Shown piece after piece: positions 39,670 through 49,592 of a DNA stretch of 64,000 nucleotides. A program made the translations under genes and the position numbers. The notes beneath the pieces were generated by a model. It was not told the DNA's origin. It ran no database searches and was given only the letters and a program-made list of their open reading frames with translations. The stretch is from an uncultured archaeon (GTDB lineage Archaea; Asgardarchaeota; Thorarchaeia; Thorarchaeales; Thorarchaeaceae): assembly GCA_964610875.1 (NCBI GenBank), contig CAZSWP010000001.1:64001-128000 (forward strand), read 5' to 3'. Each line of letters opens with the position of its first letter. The first letter of the stretch is position 1.

Positions 39670-39706
39670 TGCTTATCAAAAACCGCAACGGGAGATAACT
39701 GAGAAG
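39661..39706 (+). promoter_or_regulatory. Eukaryote-like SECIS element (type II-like)
   Basis: AUGA (39666-69), stem UUAUC/GAUAA, apical AAAAA, mini-stem CCG-CAA-CGG, 3' UGAG (39700-03). Confidence 0.7.
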
Positions 39707-39768
39707 AGCTGCCGCAAGCAGCCGGTCTTCTTCATGATAAGAAGTGAATTCTGGACTTATTCTTTGGA

Positions 39769-39933
39769 TTATTCCAGAAGATGATTCAGCTTGTGAAACA
39801 ACCTATCGATATTCTCGAGACATTTCAAATCGATCTCAGGATCTATGAATTTTCTGAGTTCTACAATCTCTTTTTCTTCGACATCATGGAATAACCAAAA
39901 GTCATTCTTCACTGCTTGTTTGATTTCAGCCAT
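39769..39933 (-). CDS. Small hypothetical protein (54 aa, below the ORF-track cutoff)
   Basis: MAEIKQAVKNDFWLFHDVEEKEIVELRKFIDPEIDLKCLENIDRLFHKLNHLLE; GGAG upstream. Confidence 0.5.
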   Translation of the reverse strand: MAEIKQAVKNDFWLFHDVEEKEIVELRKFIDPEIDLKCLENIDRLFHKLNHLLE

Positions 39934-40176
39934 CCTATTTTCGCTCCTATTATACTATCATGAAATAATTCGTGTTTTGCCGATATTAATTCTTCCATCG
40001 AGTACGTCATTCGTACGAATAACTAACATCATATCGGCAATTGTCTAATTCTAGCGAGGAAGAATCAAAATAGGTCTATGACAAATAGCGCAATATATTC
40101 TGCAGGGGAGTATCAGCTCACTAACTTTAATATGAATAGCCCCTGTCATAAAACCACACACAAACAGGAGGTCGCC

Positions 40177-40881
40177 GTGATTAAAATCGTCGTGACTGGA
40201 CCTTATGAAGCTGGAAAAAGTTTGATGATACATCATATTACGAATGGTCAATGTATCAATGTAGAAAGAAGTGGTACTACTATCGCAATGGATCACGGTG
40301 TAGCCAAAAGAGATGGACTGAATGTGTACCTATTCGGTACTCCAGGTTTACTCAGGTTTAGAACAATGCGTAAAATTCTTAGCTCTGGTGCTGATGGAAT
40401 AATTTTTGTAGTAGATTCCGTTGATAAGGAATCAGATGCACGTGCTAAGATGTTCTTTAGGGAGATTGCCTTCTTCCTTCCAGGTGTTCCCTGTGTAGTT
40501 GCAGCTAACAAGCAAGATCTTGATGATGCGCGTCCTGTGGACCAACTTCGAGATAATATGAGGTTCATAGTTGGACTGCCAGTAATCCCTGTTTCTGCGA
40601 AGACTGGTGAGAATGTCGATCGTATGCTCAGAACTCTTCTATATCTGTCCATGATGCAATGGAGTTCCGTATTTGATAGATTTTCAGAATACAGCGGTCA
40701 AAAAGATGGTCTTAGTAAATTAATGGAAGACCTGAGAGTCACTCGTGAACAAGCTGTGGGCTATTTGCGTCGATTTGAACTACGTAAACTCCTGACCGTC
40801 CAAGTCGGCGATGAACAGTTTGATGTAGATGATTCAATTAAACCGCTACTTGAAAATCCCGTTCTCATTATGAGAAAATAA
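40177..40881 (+). CDS. Small GTPase, MglA/CvnD-like, with C-terminal helical extension
   Basis: KIVVTGPYEAGKS, TTIAMDHG, LFGTPG, NKQD, VSAKTG; GTG at 40177 after GGAGG. Confidence 0.85.
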   Translation: MIKIVVTGPYEAGKSLMIHHITNGQCINVERSGTTIAMDHGVAKRDGLNVYLFGTPGLLRFRTMRKILSSGADGIIFVVDSVDKESDARAKMFFREIAFFLPGVPCVVAANKQDLDDARPVDQLRDNMRFIVGLPVIPVSAKTGENVDRMLRTLLYLSMMQWSSVFDRFSEYSGQKDGLSKLMEDLRVTREQAVGYLRRFELRKLLTVQVGDEQFDVDDSIKPLLENPVLIMRK

Positions 40882-40886
40882 AGCCT

Positions 40887-41816
40887 ATGCAGAAAGAATC
40901 AAAAGCAGGACGAACACAAACGCCACTATCTGTGGAGGTGCCACATTTGAGTAATGAAGAAGATTCGATTGAAGATATGGACCCTACGGAACTGATTGAA
41001 CAGGCCGTAGCGGCAAAAGAAGCTGGTGAAGATGAGATCTCAGCAAAGATATACAATGCAGCTGGCAACATCTACATGGCCGTGGCTGAATTTGAGGAAG
41101 CACTCGAGTGTTTCGAAAAGTCCCTTGAGATATATCGAGAATTAGATGATGAGCTTGGTATCTGTGATACCATGTATAATTTAGGTGTGGCACAAATCAA
41201 TCTTGAGAATTGGGATGACGCAATAGCAACTCTTCAGTCAGCTGTGAAGTTATTTGAAAAACAATCGAATGAGGATGGCGTAGCAGATACAACATATGGT
41301 CTAGCTCTTGCCACACTTGGCAAGGGTGGATTTGATGATGCAATGGAGCTCTTTAAAGAAGCGCAGACAGCATATAAAAAGGCTGACAATCAGCAAGGTG
41401 TGGCAAGCACCATTATGGATATGGGAAATGCTTACGCTGACAAAGAAGACTGGGAGAATGCTGATAAAACCTTCAAGAAAGCCCTAAAAATTTATCGAGA
41501 TATTGATGACAAAGCAGGTATAGCTGATGCACTCTCTTTGATAGGCGATATTGCTGAGATGAAAGGTAATCAGAGGAAAGCTGCTGAATCATTCACTGAG
41601 GCGGCACAGTGCTATTTGGAAGCTGAAATCTACGACATCGCAAGAGAAGTAGTTGATAGAGCAGAGCAAAAGATGTGGGATATTCCCAAAGCAACACGTC
41701 GTCGACTCAGACGAGTCATTGATGATATTCGTGATGCTCTTCCTGAAGAGGAAGAGGAAGATGATGATGACGACGATTTCGATGAGGATCTGCTTGAATT
41801 CCAAGATGTTGACTAG
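40887..41816 (+). CDS. Tetratricopeptide-repeat protein with acidic tail
   Basis: Repeated A..Y.N.G..Y...E.A...F.KSL.I TPR consensus; true start probably near 40947 after GGAGGTG. Confidence 0.88.
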   Translation: MQKESKAGRTQTPLSVEVPHLSNEEDSIEDMDPTELIEQAVAAKEAGEDEISAKIYNAAGNIYMAVAEFEEALECFEKSLEIYRELDDELGICDTMYNLGVAQINLENWDDAIATLQSAVKLFEKQSNEDGVADTTYGLALATLGKGGFDDAMELFKEAQTAYKKADNQQGVASTIMDMGNAYADKEDWENADKTFKKALKIYRDIDDKAGIADALSLIGDIAEMKGNQRKAAESFTEAAQCYLEAEIYDIAREVVDRAEQKMWDIPKATRRRLRRVIDDIRDALPEEEEEDDDDDDFDEDLLEFQDVD

Positions 41817-41908
41817 ATGTCATCTATAATCTGCAGCATCCCTTGATGCAGGAAAACCATATTTGGTAAGCATTGTAAGGAAGGCTATCCTATAGGAGAT
41901 GCCTTCAT

Positions 41909-44900
41909 TTGAGTGTGACAGATAGATGCACAGGTCTGATCTTAATTGCTATTATAGTGTCACCTATTTTCATTATAGTATCATCACCTGTAGAGTCGAT
42001 TGACTATACATACCATGATAATCATAATACTAGTATTCCAAGCCAATTTTCTGATGATCCAACTCCCTTGTCAAAGGTGACTTTGGTATCTCCTGATCCT
42101 ACTTCTTATTTGGATGAATTCTCCTATATGGCTGCAGTACCCACATCTGTCTTCTATCATAATGGAAATCAAATTCTATCACCATTGATGTACAGTAGTT
42201 GGGATGATAGCATGGATTATCTTCTCGCAGATTGGCGAGAATATTTGGAGCCTGATGGTGGAGTGTTTCAGGTAGTTGCCATAGGAGATTATTCGGCATC
42301 CGAGATTTCGAGTTTGCAAAAAACACTTGGTTCTAAAGTGTATCCTCAAATCTCTGGCGAAACCTCTGCAGAAGTTGCCGCTAAAATAGCCGTCAATGAT
42401 TGGTCTTCAAGCGATATTGTAGTTTTGTCTTTAGCTCAAGATTCATTTTCAGTTCCTGCAACAATTACTGGTTCAGCATTACACGCGTTCAGTAGCCCCT
42501 CTGTAGCACCACTTTCTGAAACGAATACATTCAGTGGCGTTGGGCCCTTTGAAATCACATTTACTCCTCCTGTAGGTGCTGGGTGGATTGAAGGGTTTGC
42601 TGATTGGCCAAGTTCCTCAGGAGTAGTGATGACTCATACATTATATGATCCGAATGGAAACCCAGTTGACTACTCTGTCTATAGTAGGGTTGTTCATGAA
42701 AGAGGTACAACATATGGTCCTATTCCATTGAATTTTTGGTTGCCTGTAACAGCTCAAGGTGAATATACACTTCGATTGACTCCCTCCATCCCTGTATCTG
42801 GAAGTTTAGAGGTTGAATGTGAGATAACTTACCATCCGGGTTTCACTCAGAATATCGATGTTCCTGGAAATGCAAAATGGCTCAATGTGAGTGCTTCTTG
42901 GGATAATGCAGGGACAATCGTTAATCCTGCTCTCATTGATCCGTCTGGTCGAATGGTGCAATGGGATCCAGCAGAGAGTCTCCTATCTGGCGCTGGGAAA
43001 AAGAAAATTGCAATTCCTTATCCCATTCAAGGTTCATGGACATTCACTGCATCTTGGATGAATCCAGAAGCAGAGGATAATAATGTAGATGTTGAGTGGA
43101 GCATTTCTACCCTGCCAAGTAATATTGATGGATACTTCGAATCAGCAGCTAATGGTGCAGTGCTTGCTTCACTTCTGAATGTTCCCCTCCTATATGTCAA
43201 CTCCAATAACATTCCTGAAGCAACTGAATGGGCAATCTCTAGACTTGGAAGTTCAATAGGTATCCTTGTGGACCCTCAGGATATTCATGCTCCCGGATTG
43301 GAGGGAGAACTCTCTTCCTTGGTTGCACTCTCTAACATTAGTACTTACCAAGGCTTGACAAATATGATACAAACAGCTTCGCACAGCAAAGACGTCATTC
43401 TTACAATACCTCGAGGTAATAACGATGAACTTTTCTCAGTTGCAGCACTCTCTGGAGCGTTTCATGGTGCTCCTGTGTTCTCTATGACTGGTGAAAATAA
43501 CCTGCTTACAACATATGCTGAAGAGACTTGGGCTCCGTATAAAATCGGTCCTGAGATTGAAGTATTCATCACAAATCAATACACAACACGTACCGAAAAT
43601 GGTTGGTATGATGAAAGAATACCAAATATGTATTCAATGATGAATTCGTTTAATGCATTTCATGATTTTCTAGTTGCACGAGGTGCCTATAATGATTCCA
43701 TTACTCAATCTGTAGTAATTCTGTCTCCAACTGATCTCATTAAAGTGAGTTTTGACAGGTCTATTATTGGTTCATTTAATACAGGTCGTATACCAGCTGA
43801 AAAATCCTCAATGGCGTCTTTTATGGTTAACAAAGCTATTCTACATAGATTTCTGTATCTTATTGCTGAGAATCACAATGATGCATTATTGACAATGTAT
43901 GCTTATACACATGGTACTCCTATTACTGACTCTTTCTTCAATACAAGGACTCTATATCAAATGACTGATACATCCACTCCACTTGATGGATATGGGTTCG
44001 ACATTGTACGACATGTCGGAGAAAATGAGGTATTCGCATCTCTCGCATCACAAGTTGGTTTCTGGACCATGAGTACTCATGGAACCCTTACAATGTATCC
44101 TACAGATCCTCCCCAAAGACCAGAGGGTCCTGGTATATTCTCCTTGAGAAGTCTTGATGCTGCTTATGGCTTCGAGAATGAATCCACCGTTGATTATAAT
44201 GGAGATGGAATTGTTAATCCTGTCCAATTCCAAGCTGAGAACAGAATTCATGTATTAAAGACAACAGATGATTTGGAAGCTGAGATTCAAAATCTTGGTT
44301 CGCCATTAGTTATCCTTACTGCATGTCTTCTTGGTGGAAGCAGACTTCCAACAATGCTCATGGAACATGGTGCAGTAGCGGTGACTGCTGCTCCTAGAAC
44401 TGTCTATTTCAGACCTGCAGGAATGCTTTCAGTACTACTCGTTGAGAGTCTTGTTGCTGGCAACACAACTGGTCAGTCTCTAAACTACGGTCTAAGAGCT
44501 CTATCATATGTGTATACTTTACCGGGTGGTACGAATGTTAATGATTATGCAAATCAACAGATAGTATTTGGAGACCCTAGCATCAAACTCTATGTTGAAT
44601 CCTCTCATCCACGAATTGCTTCTATAGACCCGTCGGAAACAGACTTTGGTACGCATACTCCTAATCGTGGTTTCCCCGCCGTCGTTGGTCTTGGAACAAC
44701 AGATTACCTATCTAGCATTTATGATACACTTGGTATCGACTATGATTACTACTCGACCAACAATATCTCTGAGATGTTTGAGTCTCTCGATTTGAGACGC
44801 TTGCTTGTAGTTGAACCCGACACTATTGACAACATTGCCGGTTCACTCGCTGATTACCTAATGTTTTTGGATGATTATGTTGATACAGGAGGTTGTATTG

Positions 44901-45769
44901 TACTACTTGGTATGAACAGTGATATTTCCAGTCTTCCTTGGGGTTTTGAATTTCTGACAACATCTCCCTCTGGTCCAATCACCATAGTAGACACAACTCA
45001 TCCACTGTTAACCAGCCCAAATACACTCGCATTAACAGGGAGTTTGTCTGGAAGCTTTGCCCAAGTTGGTGCTAATATATCTGTATTAGCAGAATCAGAA
45101 GGCAATCCTGTTTTCATCGCACGTGTAAAAGGGTCCGGTAAAATCGCTGCTACAACTGTTATTCCGGACGAAACGGAAGAAGAAAACCTCATTCAGAACG
45201 TCATATCATGGTATGATGCTCCAATGCTCAGAATTGATAATATCCAAAAGAATCAGGAGATAATATGGGCTGGGGATCGTGTAATAATAACATTGGAGTT
45301 AACGGACCTCATAGGAAATGGCGTTTCTGGTGCAAGTGTTCAGGTATGGATCAATGAAACAGAAATCATTGTGACAGAATCCGGTTCTGGATTCTATACC
45401 CTCGTTCTTGATGAGATGTGGACTTCTTCTCATGAAGGAATTCTCGACATTCGTGTCAACGCACAAAAGGATGGCTATGACACCTTGGATCTTGTATTGT
45501 CTGATTTTCTCTATATTCGGCCCTCTCCTTGGATTGCCATAGCTATAGTGGGAGTAATTGTTGGTATAGCCTTTACTGGATGGGCTTATAGGAAGCGAAA
45601 GCGTGGTGAGCCTCTCTACGAACGTAAGAAAAAGAAAAGATTCCAGGACTATAGACGACTCAGCAAGGAAGAAAGGAAGAGGAAAGAAAAGGAAGAAGAA
45701 GCTAAACGAAAGCGGAGAAAAGAAGAAGATGAGCGGATTGATGTAGGCGAGTTCTTTGGTGTAGAATGA
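41909..45769 (+). CDS. Large membrane-anchored surface protein with a gingipain/C25-like domain
   Basis: Signal peptide; cell-wall-binding-2-like motifs; STHG...TACL dyad; FGDPS; DYNGDGIVN Ca-binding loop; C-terminal TM and basic tail. Confidence 0.6.
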   Translation: MSVTDRCTGLILIAIIVSPIFIIVSSPVESIDYTYHDNHNTSIPSQFSDDPTPLSKVTLVSPDPTSYLDEFSYMAAVPTSVFYHNGNQILSPLMYSSWDDSMDYLLADWREYLEPDGGVFQVVAIGDYSASEISSLQKTLGSKVYPQISGETSAEVAAKIAVNDWSSSDIVVLSLAQDSFSVPATITGSALHAFSSPSVAPLSETNTFSGVGPFEITFTPPVGAGWIEGFADWPSSSGVVMTHTLYDPNGNPVDYSVYSRVVHERGTTYGPIPLNFWLPVTAQGEYTLRLTPSIPVSGSLEVECEITYHPGFTQNIDVPGNAKWLNVSASWDNAGTIVNPALIDPSGRMVQWDPAESLLSGAGKKKIAIPYPIQGSWTFTASWMNPEAEDNNVDVEWSISTLPSNIDGYFESAANGAVLASLLNVPLLYVNSNNIPEATEWAISRLGSSIGILVDPQDIHAPGLEGELSSLVALSNISTYQGLTNMIQTASHSKDVILTIPRGNNDELFSVAALSGAFHGAPVFSMTGENNLLTTYAEETWAPYKIGPEIEVFITNQYTTRTENGWYDERIPNMYSMMNSFNAFHDFLVARGAYNDSITQSVVILSPTDLIKVSFDRSIIGSFNTGRIPAEKSSMASFMVNKAILHRFLYLIAENHNDALLTMYAYTHGTPITDSFFNTRTLYQMTDTSTPLDGYGFDIVRHVGENEVFASLASQVGFWTMSTHGTLTMYPTDPPQRPEGPGIFSLRSLDAAYGFENESTVDYNGDGIVNPVQFQAENRIHVLKTTDDLEAEIQNLGSPLVILTACLLGGSRLPTMLMEHGAVAVTAAPRTVYFRPAGMLSVLLVESLVAGNTTGQSLNYGLRALSYVYTLPGGTNVNDYANQQIVFGDPSIKLYVESSHPRIASIDPSETDFGTHTPNRGFPAVVGLGTTDYLSSIYDTLGIDYDYYSTNNISEMFESLDLRRLLVVEPDTIDNIAGSLADYLMFLDDYVDTGGCIVLLGMNSDISSLPWGFEFLTTSPSGPITIVDTTHPLLTSPNTLALTGSLSGSFAQVGANISVLAESEGNPVFIARVKGSGKIAATTVIPDETEEENLIQNVISWYDAPMLRIDNIQKNQEIIWAGDRVIITLELTDLIGNGVSGASVQVWINETEIIVTESGSGFYTLVLDEMWTSSHEGILDIRVNAQKDGYDTLDLVLSDFLYIRPSPWIAIAIVGVIVGIAFTGWAYRKRKRGEPLYERKKKKRFQDYRRLSKEERKRKEKEEEAKRKRRKEEDERIDVGEFFGVE

Positions 45770-45868
45770 AATGCGCAATTGAAGTAGTTTTTCATGTCAT
45801 AATACACGAAGCCTTTATAGACCTACACGAACTCAAATCAACGAGTAAACACAACTGAGGTTGTTCTC

Positions 45869-46231
45869 ATGTCTAGCCGTGTGGATCGTATTAATTCGGC
45901 AATCCGAGATTTTGAAACTGTGCCAGGTGTTGAAGGTGCGGCTCTTGTGTCCTTAGATGGACTAATGATTTCATCAGCACTTCCTGAGAGTGAACATGAT
46001 AGAGTAGCCGCTATTAGTGCAGCAATGCTGTCACTAGGTGAGAAGGCAACAAAAGAACTTGACCGTGGTACACTCATGGAGATTTATGTGAAAGGTGACA
46101 AAGGATTCACATTGATGACCTCTGTTGGTGATAGTGCTCTTCTTCTCGTGCTTGCGAAAGCTGATGCACAGCTTGGTCTAATATTTGTAGATATGAAACG
46201 AATGGCTGATAGTTTGATTGAGATTCTATAA
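45869..46231 (+). CDS. Roadblock/LC7 (MglB-like) protein
   Basis: GVEGAALVSLDGLMISS, RVAAISAAMLSLGE, LGLIF. Confidence 0.93.
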   Translation: MSSRVDRINSAIRDFETVPGVEGAALVSLDGLMISSALPESEHDRVAAISAAMLSLGEKATKELDRGTLMEIYVKGDKGFTLMTSVGDSALLLVLAKADAQLGLIFVDMKRMADSLIEIL

Positions 46232-46248
46232 TCAGTTCAACTGGCCTA

Positions 46249-47484
46249 TCATTTCAGCAGCTCTGCAATAGAATCAGCAATAGCTCTCGCTATCTCTCTC
46301 TTGGGCGATAAAGGTACATGTTTCAAATACTCATTCTCTCCTACGATGAGTACCTCATTCGTATCTGTCCCAAAAGCCACTCCCTTTCTGCTAGCATCAT
46401 TTGCGATGACGAGATTACATATTCCATTCTTGATTTTTGCTCGTGCTCTTTCTTCCAACTCCTCATCAGAAACACCTGATTCTACCTTGAACCCAATTAC
46501 TGGCAAAGTCTTGTACTTCTTTCTAACCTCTTCAATTATCTTTGGAGTTGGGACAAGGTCGACACTATAGGCTTTACCTGATGGTCGTTTCCTGTCTTCT
46601 TTCTCTTCGGGTTCATAATCTAGGACTGCTGCCGTTGAAATGAATGCTGTCAAATCTTTGGATTCAAGTGTTTCCATGACTTTGCTGAACATCTCATGGG
46701 TAGTTTCTACAGGAATCACGTCTGCGGTATGAGGTGCTTTCTCACTAGTAGGTCCTAAGATTAGAGTCACATTGGCTCCTCTTCCAAGAAGTTCTTTGGA
46801 GAGAGCTATCCCCATCTTACCGGTGGCTGGATTGGTTATGAATCGGACTCTATCAAACCAGCCTCTAGTAGGTCCTGCTGTGATTACAAAATGTCTTCCT
46901 ACCATATCTTTCGGTCCGAGGATGCCAAGCACTTCTTCCACAATTACCTCGGGCGTTGGTATCTTAGCCTTTGCTTCTTCCATCCTTGGTTCCATTACGT
47001 GTACTCCGATTTTCACAAGCTTGCTGATATTATCCTTTACACTGGGATGATCATACATTGATTCGTGCATGGCTGGTACGATAAATACTGGAATCGATGC
47101 TCCGATGGCTGATGAAACTGTTGTAGTAACGGGCGTGTCATCAATTCCGCAAGCAATTTTACTAACAGTGTTAGCAGTTGATGGTGCAACCATAACCAAA
47201 TCCACATGCTCATCATGTTTTCCTGCAAGTGTTATGTGTTCAATCTGACCGGTCAACTCAGTAATCACTGGGTTGCCTGTTGCCCATTCCAAGAGGTGTG
47301 GATGCACGATCTTTTGGCTTGCTGCACTCATTACTACGTATACTTCTGCTCCATGTCGCATCAATAATCGTGATAATGCTACTGTTTCTACAGCTGCTAC
47401 ACTTCCAGTGATACAGAGTGCTATTGATTTACCATCCAAAAGTTTACTTGAACTGCCAATGATGAGCTTGGATGTATGTTTCAC
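46249..47484 (-). CDS. coaBC: Bifunctional phosphopantothenoylcysteine decarboxylase/synthetase
   Basis: TGSVAA, APSTAN, PAMHESM, TAGPT, VRFITN, GKMG, GFKVE. Confidence 0.95.
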   Translation of the reverse strand: MKHTSKLIIGSSSKLLDGKSIALCITGSVAAVETVALSRLLMRHGAEVYVVMSAASQKIVHPHLLEWATGNPVITELTGQIEHITLAGKHDEHVDLVMVAPSTANTVSKIACGIDDTPVTTTVSSAIGASIPVFIVPAMHESMYDHPSVKDNISKLVKIGVHVMEPRMEEAKAKIPTPEVIVEEVLGILGPKDMVGRHFVITAGPTRGWFDRVRFITNPATGKMGIALSKELLGRGANVTLILGPTSEKAPHTADVIPVETTHEMFSKVMETLESKDLTAFISTAAVLDYEPEEKEDRKRPSGKAYSVDLVPTPKIIEEVRKKYKTLPVIGFKVESGVSDEELEERARAKIKNGICNLVIANDASRKGVAFGTDTNEVLIVGENEYLKHVPLSPKREIARAIADSIAELLK

Positions 47485-47729
47485 TATTTCACACCTACTT
47501 CAAAAAGCACAACAATCCTTGATAATCTATTCGAAGAGTGTTATTTGTATTGATGAAACCAAATTCAATCACTTAGGAAAGAATATATGTGCCCAGTTTA
47601 TTCATCGGTTTTGCATAGGACAGCTCAACTAGTGTAAAAACCGTTCTATGTATCAATAGATGTTATATTGTTGGATGTATAGTCAGGAACGACAATAACT
47701 GAATATAATGTGAGTGTGGATGGTTTGGG

Positions 47730-48560
47730 TTGCTATCTCGTTGCAAGGAGGCGATTATAAGAGTGGATTCTGAAAAGGAAGCTCGTTATAACGCATACGA
47801 GAAAGTGCTTTCCGCTTTTGGAACTCCCTCACAGTCCATGTTTGTAACAGATAGTGATGAAGAGGTTGACACCTTCACACGAGATTTGAATGAGTATTTG
47901 ATTTCTATTGGTCAACTTGAGAGACAATCAGATGACAAACCTTACCATATTGTTCGCATTGGTTATGATGGGGACATGCTGGATGACATCTTTAGATTGG
48001 TAGTCGCGGAGGAGTCTGATAACTTTGAACCAGCGAAACTGGATCCTTCTATGCTTTATTCTAAACAACATATCTTTCAACATCTATATCAGACTATAAC
48101 AAAGGACAAATGGGTCATATTTCACATTACTGAGTTTCCTCTTGCCTATTATTTTGAAACAGCCATCACAGTTGATGTAGAAGAACTCTCTGACATAATG
48201 GATCCGCAAGTTCATGATGAAACTATCCATAGGTACTTGAACGACCTGCGTATTCAAGGTACAGAAGAACACAGAAAGACATACAGCTTCTTCTATCGAA
48301 TTAGCACCTCTCTGCTCATGGAGCTTTCAAATGTCTTTCTAGTCGTTCCTACAGCTGACATGAATAGACACATCGTGGTTGGTAGCTGGCGGACTCAAAC
48401 TCTACTACTTGGATTTAGTCCCTTAACGTGGTCATCTGGCAGTTTCAGAGTCTATGACCTCAGTGGTCGAGACATTGATGCACGTTGGGCATATCCTGCA
48501 CCTCCCTCTGATGATCCTCGCGTCAAACAATACACCCGTCTTGTACCTTTACGCGAATGA
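47730..48560 (+). CDS. Hypothetical protein
   Basis: 276-aa ORF with genome-typical composition; no motif recognised. Confidence 0.6.
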   Translation: MLSRCKEAIIRVDSEKEARYNAYEKVLSAFGTPSQSMFVTDSDEEVDTFTRDLNEYLISIGQLERQSDDKPYHIVRIGYDGDMLDDIFRLVVAEESDNFEPAKLDPSMLYSKQHIFQHLYQTITKDKWVIFHITEFPLAYYFETAITVDVEELSDIMDPQVHDETIHRYLNDLRIQGTEEHRKTYSFFYRISTSLLMELSNVFLVVPTADMNRHIVVGSWRTQTLLLGFSPLTWSSGSFRVYDLSGRDIDARWAYPAPPSDDPRVKQYTRLVPLRE

Positions 48561-48656
48561 TTTATGACCTCTCTATTGTATATAATATATATACGCATAC
48601 CATTAGAAGCGAAAATGTAATGGTTATATTTATACTGTGCTGTGTGAGAGAATCAT

Positions 48657-49592
48657 ATGAAGAGCAAATTGAGTTCATTAGTGGGAACTGCAGATGCTTT
48701 TGTCCCAGGCCACATCACTGGTATTTTTCGAATCCATGATGACCATGAGGATATCCTCTATCGAGGCTCGACAGGAGCAGGATTCTCAATTCAAGCAGGG
48801 ACCAAGACGACTGTTGCTCTGTTCGAAAATAACCGCGTTGACATCAAAACGACATACAATGGAATCAAAATAGAGGCTCCAGTGACAGAAACGGTGATTC
48901 GCAGATTGACTGATTTACATGATATAAAACTAAAAGCAGAAGTCGCCCATGTTTCCGAGCTTCCTATAGGAGTCGGTTTTGGGGCTTCCGGAGCTGGGGC
49001 TTTAGGAACTGCTCTAGCAGCATCAACTATTCTTGAAGACAACTTGGATACTATCAAAGCAGCACAAATTGCTCATTATGCTGAAGTGAAAAATCACGCT
49101 GGACTTGGAGATGTAATTGCTCAGTTCTCTGGGGGTGTTGAAATTCGTACCCATCCTGGTGCACCAGGCATTGGTGAAACAATTCCTCTCAGCTACCCGT
49201 CTGATACAATAGTGGTACTAGCAGGAGCAACTGGACTAGAAACAAAAGAAGTGCTAACAAACCCAACAAAGAGAACCAACATAAACCAATTTGCCGGATC
49301 ACTACTTAAGGAACTTAGAAGAGGTACACCTTCTCTAGAAAACCTCGTGAAAAGTTCTCGTACATTTTCAAAATCTATTGGACTAATGACTCCACGTATA
49401 TCTAATGCTCTTGATGAAATTGATCAACAAAGTCTTGGTATGTCAAGTATGGTCATGCTTGGAGATTCACTATTCTGCCTTTGCCAGCAAGATGAAAAGG
49501 ACCAAGTATCGGAAATTCTCCTCAAGGGTTGGAAACCCAATGAACTCCTTGTGACAAAAATATCGGAAAGAGGAGGCCGAGTCATATCATGA
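48657..49592 (+). CDS. Pantoate kinase (GHMP family)
   Basis: PGHITGIF, GSTGAG, PIGVGFGASGA, GLGDV, GAPG, SMVMLGDS. Confidence 0.92.
   Translation: MKSKLSSLVGTADAFVPGHITGIFRIHDDHEDILYRGSTGAGFSIQAGTKTTVALFENNRVDIKTTYNGIKIEAPVTETVIRRLTDLHDIKLKAEVAHVSELPIGVGFGASGAGALGTALAASTILEDNLDTIKAAQIAHYAEVKNHAGLGDVIAQFSGGVEIRTHPGAPGIGETIPLSYPSDTIVVLAGATGLETKEVLTNPTKRTNINQFAGSLLKELRRGTPSLENLVKSSRTFSKSIGLMTPRISNALDEIDQQSLGMSSMVMLGDSLFCLCQQDEKDQVSEILLKGWKPNELLVTKISERGGRVIS

Noticed and set aside
39667-39702. Sec readthrough of the terminal selD UGA (giving U-C-L-S-K...)
   Set aside because: SelD homology ends here and this UGA is part of the SECIS core, which cannot be folded while being decoded
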